Assembly (NCBI GenBank): GCA_035299565.1 | Contig: DATGWI010000113.1 | Coordinates: forward strand, 1-50,889 | DNA length: 50,889 bases | Direction of reading: 5' to 3' | Source: Amoebophilaceae bacterium | GTDB taxonomy: Bacteria > Bacteroidota > Bacteroidia > Cytophagales > Amoebophilaceae | Shown: one piece after another, positions 1-9,285 of the stretch | Numbering within the stretch: position 1 is the stretch's first letter | Layout of the letters: each line of letters begins with the position of its first letter | Notes under the pieces: model-generated | Told to the model about the DNA's origin: nothing | Seen by the model: only the letters and a program-made list of their open reading frames with translations | Database searches by the model: none | Position numbers and translations under genes: made by a program

Positions 1-1
1 G

Positions 2-244
2 CTGGAACAACGGTTCCTGCAACAGGAAGTGCTACTACCAAACCAATCCAAAGCAGCAGAACTAGCGCATACTACCTCAAAAGCAGCCATAAACCTTTTA
101 AAACAAGCCATGTGCAGCATGCAACCGACAGACCAGCTCGCCGATATCCCTTTGCATATGGGGAATAGCCATCATACGAACCATACACTTGCCCAAAGTG
201 GACTGGGACATGGCAATCAGTATAAAAAATGCGTTAATTTGTAG
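2..244 (+). CDS. Probable 3' end of a CDS entering from the left edge (unknown product)
   Basis: Frame is open from base 2 to TAG at 242-244 (LEQRFLQQEVLLPNQSKAAELAH...); no recognisable motif. Confidence 0.35.
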   Translation: MEQRFLQQEVLLPNQSKAAELAHTTSKAAINLLKQAMCSMQPTDQLADIPLHMGNSHHTNHTLAQSGLGHGNQYKKCVNL

Positions 245-363
245 CGCATTGTTGCTAAAACCAGCAGGCGTTGCAGTATGTGTGTATATGGTAGACGGGT
301 TGCATCAGTCTGCAGCCTGGACACAGTGGCACATGAAAATATTGATTTTAAGAGAATTTCAAC

Positions 364-2208
364 TCACATACCTGTGTCTCCTGCCTTTTGAAAATAACCC
401 ACCGCATTAACGGTAAAGTTTTTGCGTGGCATCCATTGAAAGTCATTTTCATCATTTTTTTGATGTACTTCAATAGCTGCTTCGGTAATATTGCGTTTTA
501 CAGAGTCACATTTTAAGCCTATAAGCACCTTTTTATGACAGGTGCCATATGGCATGCTATAATCTTTGCTATATATTTGCTCCAGCGCGTAGGAGGTTGG
601 TTTGTCTACTTTTAACTCAAAGAGGTAAATCGTTCTTTGATCGTCATATTGGTCCTCCATAACGATATCTGTACGGCCACTGCCACTATCCCTTTCAGAA
701 CTAGCTTGCGTATCATCGGTAGTATGAAAAGCACCATTCAGAAAGGAATATAAAGCACCCTGAAAGCTCCTTTCTGTTTTATCCAAGAAACGGTAACCCG
801 CTTTAGCCAAACAATCGCTTCGAATCACGTTAAGAAAAGCAACCCATGCTTCTTTTCTTAAAGAGGCTAGCATAGAGGTGCTACAGGCTTTTCCTGCTTC
901 TTGTTGTTTTTGAGCTATAAAATCAGCTAATATAAGTTTTAAAGCAGATTTTACTTCTTGGTTGGGAAATTTTAAATAGTAGTCCGTTGCATTTTTATCT
1001 ATGCTGCCATCCTTGGTGTATCCATCAGGATCTAGGGTAAGATAACCGGTTTGGTACATAAGCGGAAGTATGGGCATGGTATGGAGGTCGCCTGAAACAG
1101 ATTCGAAGGAGGATTGATTTATTATAAAATTGCCTGTATCCCAGTCTATATTGAATCTGTTGATGTTCCTCCTCATTTGTTCAATTAAGATAGCCGGATT
1201 GCCTCTATTAAACCAATAGTTGCCAAATTTTTTCTCATCAAAAAATTTTAATATAGAATCTGGATTATACATCCGTTTGATTCCCTTATTTCTGCTAAAA
1301 CAATAGCCATTATAATAATCTTTTAGCTCTTGCTTTAATTGTTGATCTATATAACTGTCTTCTTTATCCCAATTTTCCTTTAGGTTTGTTATGACCTCAT
1401 TGATAGTTTCCTGTTTGTCTTTAAAAAATAGCTTTTCAACATCTTCTTCTGTATAGCCCAACATGGCCGCATAATCCTCATGTAATGATATATCATTGGC
1501 CGAGTTAGCGCCCGAAGTAAGTCCAGATAAGTGAAATTTAGTGACACCCGTTATAAAAATAAATTTACAATCCTGCTGACGGCTTTTTAAAACTTTAAAA
1601 AATGAACTAAGCATATTAAGCACCTCTTCATACTGCTCTTTTTCGCAATAAATTAACGGACTGTCGTATTCATCGATCAAAATAATAGGCTGTGGTTCAT
1701 AACCGTCTCCTAGATTTTTTAATGCGTTAATTAACTTTTCTAAGGTGCCTTCTACGGTTGGTTCACCTATAATAGGATCTATTTCAGTTCTATCTATAGT
1801 ATGATTTTTAGCAAAGGTATATAATAGATCTATTAAGTTGTTTTGTAGTTTTGCTAGGCTATCCTTAGCCAGCTTCGAGAAATCCAACCGAATAACGGGA
1901 TATTTTTTCCACTGATAGGTTTGATCTTCATAAATAGTACACTCTTTAAACAATTCCTTATTGCCTTTTGCGATTTGGTTTATGGTATCTAGGAGGAGGG
2001 ATTTACCAAATCTACGGGGCCTGATAAAGAAATAATAGATTCCATTCGTCTTAAAGAGTTTGGTGATATAAGTCGTTTTATCAGCATACAACCTTTGTGT
2101 GATCATCTCTTTGACATCAGGACTTCCAACAGGAATGTAGCTATTTGGCATAACCATTCCTATCTGTTGCTCCCTGTCTACTCCTTTATCTTCTGTTTGA
2201 TCTACCAT
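364..2208 (-). CDS. AAA-ATPase-like domain protein with C-terminal PD-(D/E)XK nuclease domain
   Basis: YADKT, Walker A-like RPRRFGKS, Walker B ILIDEYD, YNGY, QTGYLT, C-terminal GRTDIV...IYLFELK; family is expanded in endosymbionts. Confidence 0.9.
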   Translation of the reverse strand: MVDQTEDKGVDREQQIGMVMPNSYIPVGSPDVKEMITQRLYADKTTYITKLFKTNGIYYFFIRPRRFGKSLLLDTINQIAKGNKELFKECTIYEDQTYQWKKYPVIRLDFSKLAKDSLAKLQNNLIDLLYTFAKNHTIDRTEIDPIIGEPTVEGTLEKLINALKNLGDGYEPQPIILIDEYDSPLIYCEKEQYEEVLNMLSSFFKVLKSRQQDCKFIFITGVTKFHLSGLTSGANSANDISLHEDYAAMLGYTEEDVEKLFFKDKQETINEVITNLKENWDKEDSYIDQQLKQELKDYYNGYCFSRNKGIKRMYNPDSILKFFDEKKFGNYWFNRGNPAILIEQMRRNINRFNIDWDTGNFIINQSSFESVSGDLHTMPILPLMYQTGYLTLDPDGYTKDGSIDKNATDYYLKFPNQEVKSALKLILADFIAQKQQEAGKACSTSMLASLRKEAWVAFLNVIRSDCLAKAGYRFLDKTERSFQGALYSFLNGAFHTTDDTQASSERDSGSGRTDIVMEDQYDDQRTIYLFELKVDKPTSYALEQIYSKDYSMPYGTCHKKVLIGLKCDSVKRNITEAAIEVHQKNDENDFQWMPRKNFTVNAVGYFQKAGDTGM

Positions 2209-2400
2209 ATTCTATTGTTTTATACGCGCCCGAAAGGTAAGTTTTGTTGCTAACATATCAAAAATATAGTTAAGAAACATAATCTTGCATACAAACAAAG
2301 AAGCCGCAACACATACCGTAGCTGCTATTTGTATACAAACAGCTCTTACTAGATTTTCTTTCCCCTTTTGCTTGGACCCTTTATGTTACAAATGGTCTAT

Positions 2401-2496
2401 TAGAGCTGTTGCGTAAGTCCTAAAAAATCCCAAGTTTTCAAATTTGGGGTCTCCAGATATCACTTGAGTTGAGATCTCCTGTTAGAAGCGTTTATA
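2401..2496 (+). mobile_element. MITE family A, left half only, interrupted by a family B element
   Basis: Starts with TIR TAGAGCTGTTGCGTAAGTC and follows the 18457 copy through gatctcctgttagaag. Confidence 0.85.
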
Positions 2497-2499
2497 GTT

Positions 2500-2716
2500 T
2501 ATACCAAATCAATTTCAAGTTGCGGGTTCCGATCTGGTCCGTACTGGAAAACGCGCCTTTGAAAAAAGGAGTGCATAGAAAGCATGCTATTGCTTTCCAC
2601 CTCCTTTTTTCAATCAGCGCTTGATTTTCGTATTTTTGTGTATCCAAACAAAAGTACAAAGGAAAAGGGTCGTTTCGTAGGGACGCAATCCCGCATCTTC
2701 ATTTCACTTTAGTATA
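2500..2716 (+). mobile_element. MITE family B (ERIC-like termini), complete ~217 bp copy
   Basis: Imperfect TIRs TATACCAAATCAATTTCAAGTTGCGGG / CCCGCATCTTCATTTCACTTTAGTATA; internal hairpin ttgaaaaaaggag...ctccttttttcaa; nearly identical to 7169-7386. Confidence 0.9.
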
Positions 2717-2890
2717 GCGCATTTTTTAATTAAATTTGATGGTAGAACCTAAAAAGCTGAAAAATAATTCACACAGTTAAGTGGACAGACCCCATCCTTG
2801 TGAAATTTTACAAAGAAGCTATTGTTTTTAAAAACATCTACTAATTATTGATTATGAGAAAAATACAAAATACAAGCTTTTACCATATGG

Positions 2891-2898
2891 TATATTTG
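2891..2898 (+). promoter_or_regulatory. Bacteroidetes primary-sigma -7 element (TATATTTG) upstream of the APC-acyltransferase gene
   Basis: Matches TAnnTTTG about 135 nt before ATG 3033. Confidence 0.5.
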
Positions 2899-3032
2899 TA
2901 TGAGTGGTACGATACCCCTCTTGCTTTTAGACACCATACTTCCCGACCACTCTGTTTGCCAGAGGTTGTCACCCGTGTGGAACCTCCTGAATAAATTTGT
3001 ACCCGTTTCACCATTTGAACATTAGACAACAC

Positions 3033-5003
3033 ATGCCCGATGATGTTCCTCCAAAGGAAGACAAAACACTTGGTACCTTTGCCGTCGCCATGATAGGCGT
3101 CTCTGCTATGTTTACCTTACGCACCCTTCCTGCTCTTGCAGACACTGGTTATCAATCCATATTCTTTTTTGGATTGGCCGTATTGTTCTTTTTTATACCT
3201 ATTTCTTTGGCCTGTGCCGAACTGGGCGCTCAGTTTCCCACCCAAGGTGGCATATACATCTGGATCAGCCAAGCATTTGGGGTACGGACTGGTTTTTTAG
3301 CCTCCTGGTTGGAATGGCTTAACAACACACTGTATGTTACGTTGCTTTTATGTTTCATGGTTGTAATATGCAATCACATATGTGGCCATGTATTCCACAC
3401 TGCCTTAACCGGTTTGCAACAACTTGCATTGATGTTGCTATTTCTTTGGGGAACAACTGTTTTAAATTTTTTTCCGCTGAAATACTCCAGCTTGTTTAGC
3501 GGCCTGGGAACCATTTTAGGATCTGTCATTCCTGCCATTGTTTTGATTGGACTGGGAGCCTATTCCTTAGCCAACGCGCAAAGCTATTTACGCACTCCCA
3601 CTACATTGCTTCCTAGTTTTAGCTTAAACAATGCAGCAAAGTTTTCATTGACCACATCCATTTTTACAGGCATAGAAGCCACCTCTTACTACATTCCCAA
3701 TACCAAAAATCCCCGCAAAACCTATCCCAAAGCCATGCTCTTGGCTGCTGTTGTGATGTGTGCTTTGTTTGCACTCTGCACCCTATCCATTGCTTCCTTG
3801 GTTGCCCCTCACGAACTAAATGTTCTAGAAGGCAGCATTCAAGCCATGGAGTTCCTGACGAATAGACCAATGCTATGTATCCTAGAAACAATGATGCTGA
3901 TTGGCATCGCAAGTGTTTTGAATACCTGGGTGATTTCTCCCTTGAAGGGCTTAATGATAGCGAGCAAAAAAGGATTTCTGCCAAATAGTCTTGTTAAATA
4001 CAACAGATATGGCTCTCCCCAACGCCTGCTTGTACTCCAAGGGATATTGGTTAGCTTTATGGTAATTATATTTATTTTTGTAAACGCAAATCAGGCTTCT
4101 TTTTGGTTTATTGAAATTGTAGGTATGCAGTTATTGATGATTATGTATCTTTTGGTCTTTGGAGCTTGTGTGAAGCTCCATTTAAAAAAAGCAACACACA
4201 AATACGATGGGTACCGAATACCTGGTGGGAAACCGGTCTTTTTAAGCATTATTGCATTGGGGATATTTAGCTGCCTAACCTCTATGGTACTGGGCCTTGC
4301 CAAGCCAGAAGGAACTGCAACGATCCATATTTCTGCGCAACAGTATGCTTGGATGGTTGCAGTGTCCACGTTGGTTATGTTGATACCTCCGTTGTTTTTA
4401 TCTGCTCGACGCAACCTTCCAGAAAAGCCTTGTTCTCAACGGACAGCTTGCTTTATTACAAGCTGCTTGGGGTGGAAAATACAAAACATCACCCCGCCCG
4501 AGGCATGTAAAAAAGCAGTGGTACTACTGGCTCCGCATACAAGCAATTGGGATTTTATATATGGCATGTTGTTTAAATTTAGCTACCCAACCATACCCAT
4601 CCGATTTGCAATCAAAAAAGAGGTTATGTTTTTTCCACTCTCGTGCCTTATGAAAGCATTAGGAGCCATTCCAATTGCCAGACGTACAACAGCAACCACG
4701 CATGCTAAAAGACCACACATGGTCTCTGTTATGGCAGATATGTTGCGTGCAACAGACGAACTTTTTCTACTGATTGCTCCAGAAGGAACGAGAAGCTATG
4801 CCCCACGTTGGAAAACAGGCTTCTATAGAGTGGCCGAAGCCGCCAATGTGCCCATCATTCTGGGCTATATCAACTACGCTAAAAAAGAAATGGGGCTGGG
4901 TCCTTTGTTCTACCCCACAGGTGATATAGAGAAAGATACACAAACCATACAAGACTTTTACCGAAGCATACCCGGTAAGTATCCTGAAAAAGGCGTCCGA
5001 TAG
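3033..5003 (+). CDS. APC-family amino acid permease (GadC-like) fused to a C-terminal PlsC-type acyltransferase
   Basis: About 12 hydrophobic segments with GGIYIWISQAFG, GIEAT, PRKTYPKA; then APHTSNWD (HxxxxD), FAIKKE, GAIPIAR, APEGTRS, WKTGFY in one uninterrupted frame (alternative TTG start 2997). Confidence 0.9.
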   Translation: MPDDVPPKEDKTLGTFAVAMIGVSAMFTLRTLPALADTGYQSIFFFGLAVLFFFIPISLACAELGAQFPTQGGIYIWISQAFGVRTGFLASWLEWLNNTLYVTLLLCFMVVICNHICGHVFHTALTGLQQLALMLLFLWGTTVLNFFPLKYSSLFSGLGTILGSVIPAIVLIGLGAYSLANAQSYLRTPTTLLPSFSLNNAAKFSLTTSIFTGIEATSYYIPNTKNPRKTYPKAMLLAAVVMCALFALCTLSIASLVAPHELNVLEGSIQAMEFLTNRPMLCILETMMLIGIASVLNTWVISPLKGLMIASKKGFLPNSLVKYNRYGSPQRLLVLQGILVSFMVIIFIFVNANQASFWFIEIVGMQLLMIMYLLVFGACVKLHLKKATHKYDGYRIPGGKPVFLSIIALGIFSCLTSMVLGLAKPEGTATIHISAQQYAWMVAVSTLVMLIPPLFLSARRNLPEKPCSQRTACFITSCLGWKIQNITPPEACKKAVVLLAPHTSNWDFIYGMLFKFSYPTIPIRFAIKKEVMFFPLSCLMKALGAIPIARRTTATTHAKRPHMVSVMADMLRATDELFLLIAPEGTRSYAPRWKTGFYRVAEAANVPIILGYINYAKKEMGLGPLFYPTGDIEKDTQTIQDFYRSIPGKYPEKGVR

Positions 5004-5060
5004 GGGTTGCCTTCATACCAAAGGGCTTGTGCCATTGTTGTATGCATGTGTAACGGTTTC

Positions 5061-5100
5061 TGCCAATCTGTCATTGCAAAAGATTGGCAAACAATTTGCA
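5061..5100 (+). promoter_or_regulatory. Putative sigma54-type -24/-12 promoter overlapping a 9-11-9 inverted repeat upstream of grpE-dnaJ
   Basis: TTGGCAAACAATTTGCA at 5084-5100 (GG-N10-GC); TGCCAATCT (5061-5069) / AGATTGGCA (5081-5089). Confidence 0.55.
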
Positions 5101-5171
5101 TGCAATAACAACGTAAGGCCCGTGGGGTATGCAACGGTTGTTTAATTTTTAAACTCTATTTGAACAAAATA

Positions 5172-5879
5172 ATGAAACCATACAACACAAATGAGCCAAA
5201 AAGTGGCTGCTGTAGCCAGCAGCACACAAAGCATCCATCAGGCTGCTGCAGCGAGCAAAAGAACCCGTATGAACCAAACCATGGTCGAACAGATGCCGTC
5301 GATATGGAGGATAGCTGTTGTGGTGGAGGGTGTTGCATGAACGAACCTATGGGCGCAGTAGACGCCGAATGCCACCACCAAGAAGCAACAGAGGAAGAAC
5401 TTGTTGAACCTTCCGTGCAGGAAGTAATACAAGCTATTGAAAAAAAGCTTCTGGAATCCAACGATAAATATGTAAGGCTCTATGCTGAGTTTGATAACTT
5501 TAAAAAACGTACCGCAAAAGAACGTATCGCACTGACAACCCATGCAAACGAAAAAACACTTCGAGAGCTATTGCCCATTGTAGATGATTTTGAACGGAGT
5601 ATAGCTGCTTGGCAACAAAGCCAAGATGCAGTGCAAGAAGCCATGCAGGTAGGCATGCAATACATTTACGACAAGTTGCTGGCTTTCCTGAAGAAATATG
5701 GCGTAGAACCCATGGCCCTAGAAGCTGGACATGCGTTTGATACGGACTTTCATGAAGCCATTATGCAAAAACCAGCTGAATCTCCAGAGATGCAAGGAAA
5801 AATTAGTAGTGTAATTGAAAAAGGCTATTTGATCAATGGAAATGTGTTACGGTGTGCTAAAGTTGTAATTGGTTTATAA
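5172..5879 (+). CDS. grpE: Nucleotide exchange factor GrpE with Cys/His-rich N-terminal extension
   Basis: [33 protein letters not shown]...VLRCAKVV; directly upstream of dnaJ (alternative TTG 5160). Confidence 0.95.
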   Translation: MKPYNTNEPKSGCCSQQHTKHPSGCCSEQKNPYEPNHGRTDAVDMEDSCCGGGCCMNEPMGAVDAECHHQEATEEELVEPSVQEVIQAIEKKLLESNDKYVRLYAEFDNFKKRTAKERIALTTHANEKTLRELLPIVDDFERSIAAWQQSQDAVQEAMQVGMQYIYDKLLAFLKKYGVEPMALEAGHAFDTDFHEAIMQKPAESPEMQGKISSVIEKGYLINGNVLRCAKVVIGL

Positions 5880-7009
5880 TGGAAAACGATTTTTATACAG
5901 TCCTAGGGGTAGAAAAAAACGCCACAGCAAACGAAATCAAAAAGGCATATCGAAAGATGGCCATGCAGTACCATCCCGATAAAAATCCAGGCAATAAAGC
6001 GGCTGAGGAAAAGTTTAAAGCTGCTGCACAAGCCTATGAGGTATTGAGCGATCCTGAGAAACGGGCACGGTACGATCAATTTGGAGCGGATGCATTTCGG
6101 AATGGAAATGGAGGCGGTGGAGGCCATCATGCCCACTTTTACGAAGATTTTAACGACCTGTTTAACTATTCCTTTGGCTCTTTTTTTGGTGGAGGTAATA
6201 GACGGACGCATGTCAAAGTGGGGCAAGATTTGCGCATACGGATCACGATTAGCCTAAAAGAGGCTGCACAAGGTGGTGAAAAAAAGGTAAAGGTCAAACG
6301 CTATGTGCGTTGTGATACGTGCAATGGAAATGGCACAGCCCCCGGTACAGAATTAGAAAATTGCTTCAACTGCCAAGGTTCTGGTAAAATGCGTAAAGTA
6401 ACCTCCACCGTCTTGGGGGATATGGTCACCATGAACAATTGTTCAAATTGCTTTGGAACTGGTAAGCAACCAAAAAAGCCATGTCTCGATTGCCGAGGAG
6501 AAGGACGCAGAAACATCGAAGAACTTATTTCCTTTCAACTACCTGCAGGTATGCAAGCGGGTATGGAAATGGCATTGAAAGAAAAAGGAAACGTACCCAT
6601 ACGAGGTGGTTTTGCAGGCAACCTGATTATTCAGGTTAATGAAGATGATGATGAGGTATTCAAACGCGAAGGCATCAACATTTGGTATGTGTTGCACATC
6701 AGCTTTATAGATGCTACACTGGGTTGTGAGATGGCTGTGCCTACCGTATACGGTGAAGTACGCGTAAAGGTTCCAGCAGGGACCCAAAGTGGCAGGGTGC
6801 TTAAATTAAAAGGCAAAGGAATACCTGATGTAAATGCATATGGCGTAAAAGGAGATCAGTTGATTTTGGTACAAATTTGGACCCCACAAACAACAACCAA
6901 AGAAGAAAAAGAGCTCTTGCTTTCACTCCAAAAGGAAGCTAACTTTATCCCAAATCCAAATAAGAAAGACCAAAGCTTTTTTGAACGCATTAAGTCTTTC
7001 TTTACATAA
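5879..7009 (+). CDS. dnaJ: Chaperone DnaJ
   Basis: J-domain HPD, G/F region, four CxxCxGxG repeats. Confidence 0.98.
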   Translation: MENDFYTVLGVEKNATANEIKKAYRKMAMQYHPDKNPGNKAAEEKFKAAAQAYEVLSDPEKRARYDQFGADAFRNGNGGGGGHHAHFYEDFNDLFNYSFGSFFGGGNRRTHVKVGQDLRIRITISLKEAAQGGEKKVKVKRYVRCDTCNGNGTAPGTELENCFNCQGSGKMRKVTSTVLGDMVTMNNCSNCFGTGKQPKKPCLDCRGEGRRNIEELISFQLPAGMQAGMEMALKEKGNVPIRGGFAGNLIIQVNEDDDEVFKREGINIWYVLHISFIDATLGCEMAVPTVYGEVRVKVPAGTQSGRVLKLKGKGIPDVNAYGVKGDQLILVQIWTPQTTTKEEKELLLSLQKEANFIPNPNKKDQSFFERIKSFFT

Positions 7010-7043
7010 AGCAGGATGTTTCACTTGAGTACTGGATTGTACA

Positions 7044-7386
7044 TTTCCATGCACTCCTTTTTTCAATCAGCGCTTGATTTCTTGGTACTTTTGTCTTGGT
7101 ACAAAAGTACCAAGAAAGAAGGACCGTGTCGTAGGGGCGCAATCCCGCATCTTCATTCCTATAGCGTATATACCAAATCAATTTCAAGTTGCGGGTTCCC
7201 ATCTGGTCCGTACTGGAAAACGCGCCTTTGAAACAAGGAGTGCATAGAAAGCGTACCATCGCTTTCCACCTCCTTTTTTCGATCAGCGCTTGGTTTTTAT
7301 ACTTTTGTGTATCCAAACAAAGGTACAAAGGAAAAAGGGTCGTTTCGTAGGGACGCAATCCCGCATCTTCATTTTAATTGAGTATA
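7044..7386 (+). mobile_element. Tandem family B elements (partial 7044-7170 plus complete 7169-7386) sharing one TA
   Basis: ...catcttcattcctatagcgTA|TAccaaatcaatttcaagttgcggg; the second copy ends cccgcatcttcattttaattgagtata. Confidence 0.88.
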
Positions 7387-7425
7387 GTATAAAAACGGTT
7401 TTTGTAAAATTGACAAACTTTTATC

Positions 7426-8748
7426 ATGAGCCAATTTGTTGTTTCTGCTCGGAAATACCGTCCCATTAGCTTTAAAGATGTCGTTAGCCAAGCGCACATC
7501 ACTACTACCTTACAAAATGCATTGGCAAACAAACAGCTTGCACATTCGTTTCTCTTTTGCGGTCCACGCGGAGTAGGCAAAACCACCTGTGCCCGCATCT
7601 TGGCCAAAGCCATCAATTGTTTGGGGCTGACAGAAACCATCGAACCGTGCAACAGCTGTGCACATTGCATTAGCTTTCAGACGAATAGTTCTATGAATGT
7701 CTATGAGTTGGATGCTGCTTCCAATAATTCCGTAGAAGATATTCGAGAATTGGTCGATCAAGTACGGTATGCGCCTCAATTGGGTAAATACAAGGTCTAT
7801 ATCATAGATGAGGTACATATGCTATCGAATGCAGCATTCAATGCTTTTTTGAAAACCTTAGAAGAACCACCCAGTTATGCCTTGTTTATTTTAGCTACTA
7901 CGGAACGGAATAAAGTATTGCCCACGATTGTATCTCGTTGTCAAACCTTTCATTTCAACCGAATCAAAATAGAAAATATCGTTGATCAACTACAAACGAT
8001 TGCTACGCAAGAGGCAATTGCATGCGAGTTGCCTGCCTTGCAACTCATTGCACAACAAGCAGAAGGTGCGATGCGGGATGCACTTTCGATGTTTGATTTA
8101 ATCCACACGTCTGTCGGCATAGGCAATACCGTTACCTATGCGCTTGCCCGAGACCACTTAAACCTATTGGACGAAGCATGTTACTTCCAAGCAACCGATG
8201 CCTTCTTACAAGGGAATGTTGCAGCTGTGCTTACGTTATTGGACAGTATCTTACGACAAGGCTTTAACGGACATGCGTTCGTAGTAGGATTAGGCGAACA
8301 TTTGCGCAACATATTGGTATGCAAAGATCCTGTAACCATTCCCTTATTGGAAGTGACGGACAACCTCCGTCCAAACTATGCTGCCTATGCTGCTCAATGC
8401 AGCTTGCCTTTCTTGCTGGAAAGCCTCACGCGCATCCAACAATGCGATGCAACATACAAAGCGAGTCAAAACCAACGTCTCCATGTAGAACTATTGCTGA
8501 TCGACTTGGCTACCAAACACATATCAGTTACTACCCATACCAATCAAACGAATGGGGCCACAGCAATATCCCCCTCTGCTGCTACAACGCCTACTACAAC
8601 GGCTACCATTCAAACCAAAGAACTGGAACCTTCCGCTCCATCCCTTGGCAAACAAGTAACGGCAGTGGTGCCTACGTTAGAAGCCATCAGAGCCTCTCTA
8701 TCCAAAAAAGAACCCCAAGCAGATCCAGCAGTAAAAAAAAAAATCTAA
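7426..8748 (+). CDS. dnaX: DNA polymerase III subunit gamma/tau, zero-frame (gamma-sized) part
   Basis: SARKYRP, GPRGVGKTT, zinc cysteines, DAASN, IIDEVHMLS, LKTLEEPP, SRC; stops right after the A11 run. Confidence 0.97.
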   Translation: MSQFVVSARKYRPISFKDVVSQAHITTTLQNALANKQLAHSFLFCGPRGVGKTTCARILAKAINCLGLTETIEPCNSCAHCISFQTNSSMNVYELDAASNNSVEDIRELVDQVRYAPQLGKYKVYIIDEVHMLSNAAFNAFLKTLEEPPSYALFILATTERNKVLPTIVSRCQTFHFNRIKIENIVDQLQTIATQEAIACELPALQLIAQQAEGAMRDALSMFDLIHTSVGIGNTVTYALARDHLNLLDEACYFQATDAFLQGNVAAVLTLLDSILRQGFNGHAFVVGLGEHLRNILVCKDPVTIPLLEVTDNLRPNYAAYAAQCSLPFLLESLTRIQQCDATYKASQNQRLHVELLLIDLATKHISVTTHTNQTNGATAISPSAATTPTTTATIQTKELEPSAPSLGKQVTAVVPTLEAIRASLSKKEPQADPAVKKKI

Positions 8749-9128
8749 ATCCACACCCAGTACCAGTACCCCTATCCCCAGAACGCATACAAAGTTTTCT
8801 TGTAACCTATGGCGAAAAGTTAAAGGAGGCCGGGAACGCAGCGGGTTATCAACTCTTGAATCAGCCCGTACAAATAGAAGGTTCATTGATTATCATACCT
8901 TTGCTCAATCGGGTGCAAGAAACACTTTTGCAAAACATCAAAGAAGAACTGATAGCCATTTTGCGCGAAACATTCAACCGTTCGGATATCCAAATCCAAA
9001 CGACCTTTGTCCAACAACCGCAAGCCAGAAAACCTTATACCGATCAAGAGAAATTGCTTTTTTTGAGTAAAAAAAATAGCGCCATAGCCTTGCTTCAAGA
9101 ACGATTGTTGCTGGAAGTAGCTTATTGA
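8733..9128 (+). CDS. dnaX: C-terminal domain of DnaX tau in the -1 frame after the A11 run
   Basis: -1 frame reads ...KPYTDQEKLLFLSKKNSAIALLQERLLLE, typical of the Bacteroidetes tau C-terminus; it has no separate plausible start. Confidence 0.8.
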   Translation, partial: KKKNLNPHPVPVPLSPERIQSFLVTYGEKLKEAGNAAGYQLLNQPVQIEGSLIIIPLLNRVQETLLQNIKEELIAILRETFNRSDIQIQTTFVQQPQARKPYTDQEKLLFLSKKNSAIALLQERLLLEVAY

Positions 9129-9232
9129 AGCTTCTGGTTTTAGTCTAACGTCGGAGGCAGTATGCCATTTAGCAAATTTTTTATATATTTATTTGAATGG
9201 CCTCCTTTTTTTCCTTTTCCCTTAAAGCATAA

Positions 9233-9240
9233 TATATTTG
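9233..9240 (+). promoter_or_regulatory. -7 promoter element TATATTTG for the ABC exporter operon
   Basis: TAnnTTTG 45 nt before ATG 9286. Confidence 0.5.
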
Positions 9241-9285
9241 ACAATAAAGCAATGGGAAACAAAATACCGTAGTATAGAATAGCAT

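Noticed and set aside
2900-3025. 41-codon ORF and weak hairpins in the APC gene leader (riboswitch or leader peptide?)
   Set aside because: Stems are short and no known aptamer or regulatory codon run is recognisable
7002-7358. Short ORFs inside repeats (also 16725, 18733, 35455-35978, 37502, 44927)
   Set aside because: Translations of MITE sequence with no consistent frame across copies
8319-8732. N-terminal part of the 269-aa ORF 8319-9128
   Set aside because: Overlaps dnaX out of frame with no protein-like signal; only the part after the A11 run is credible
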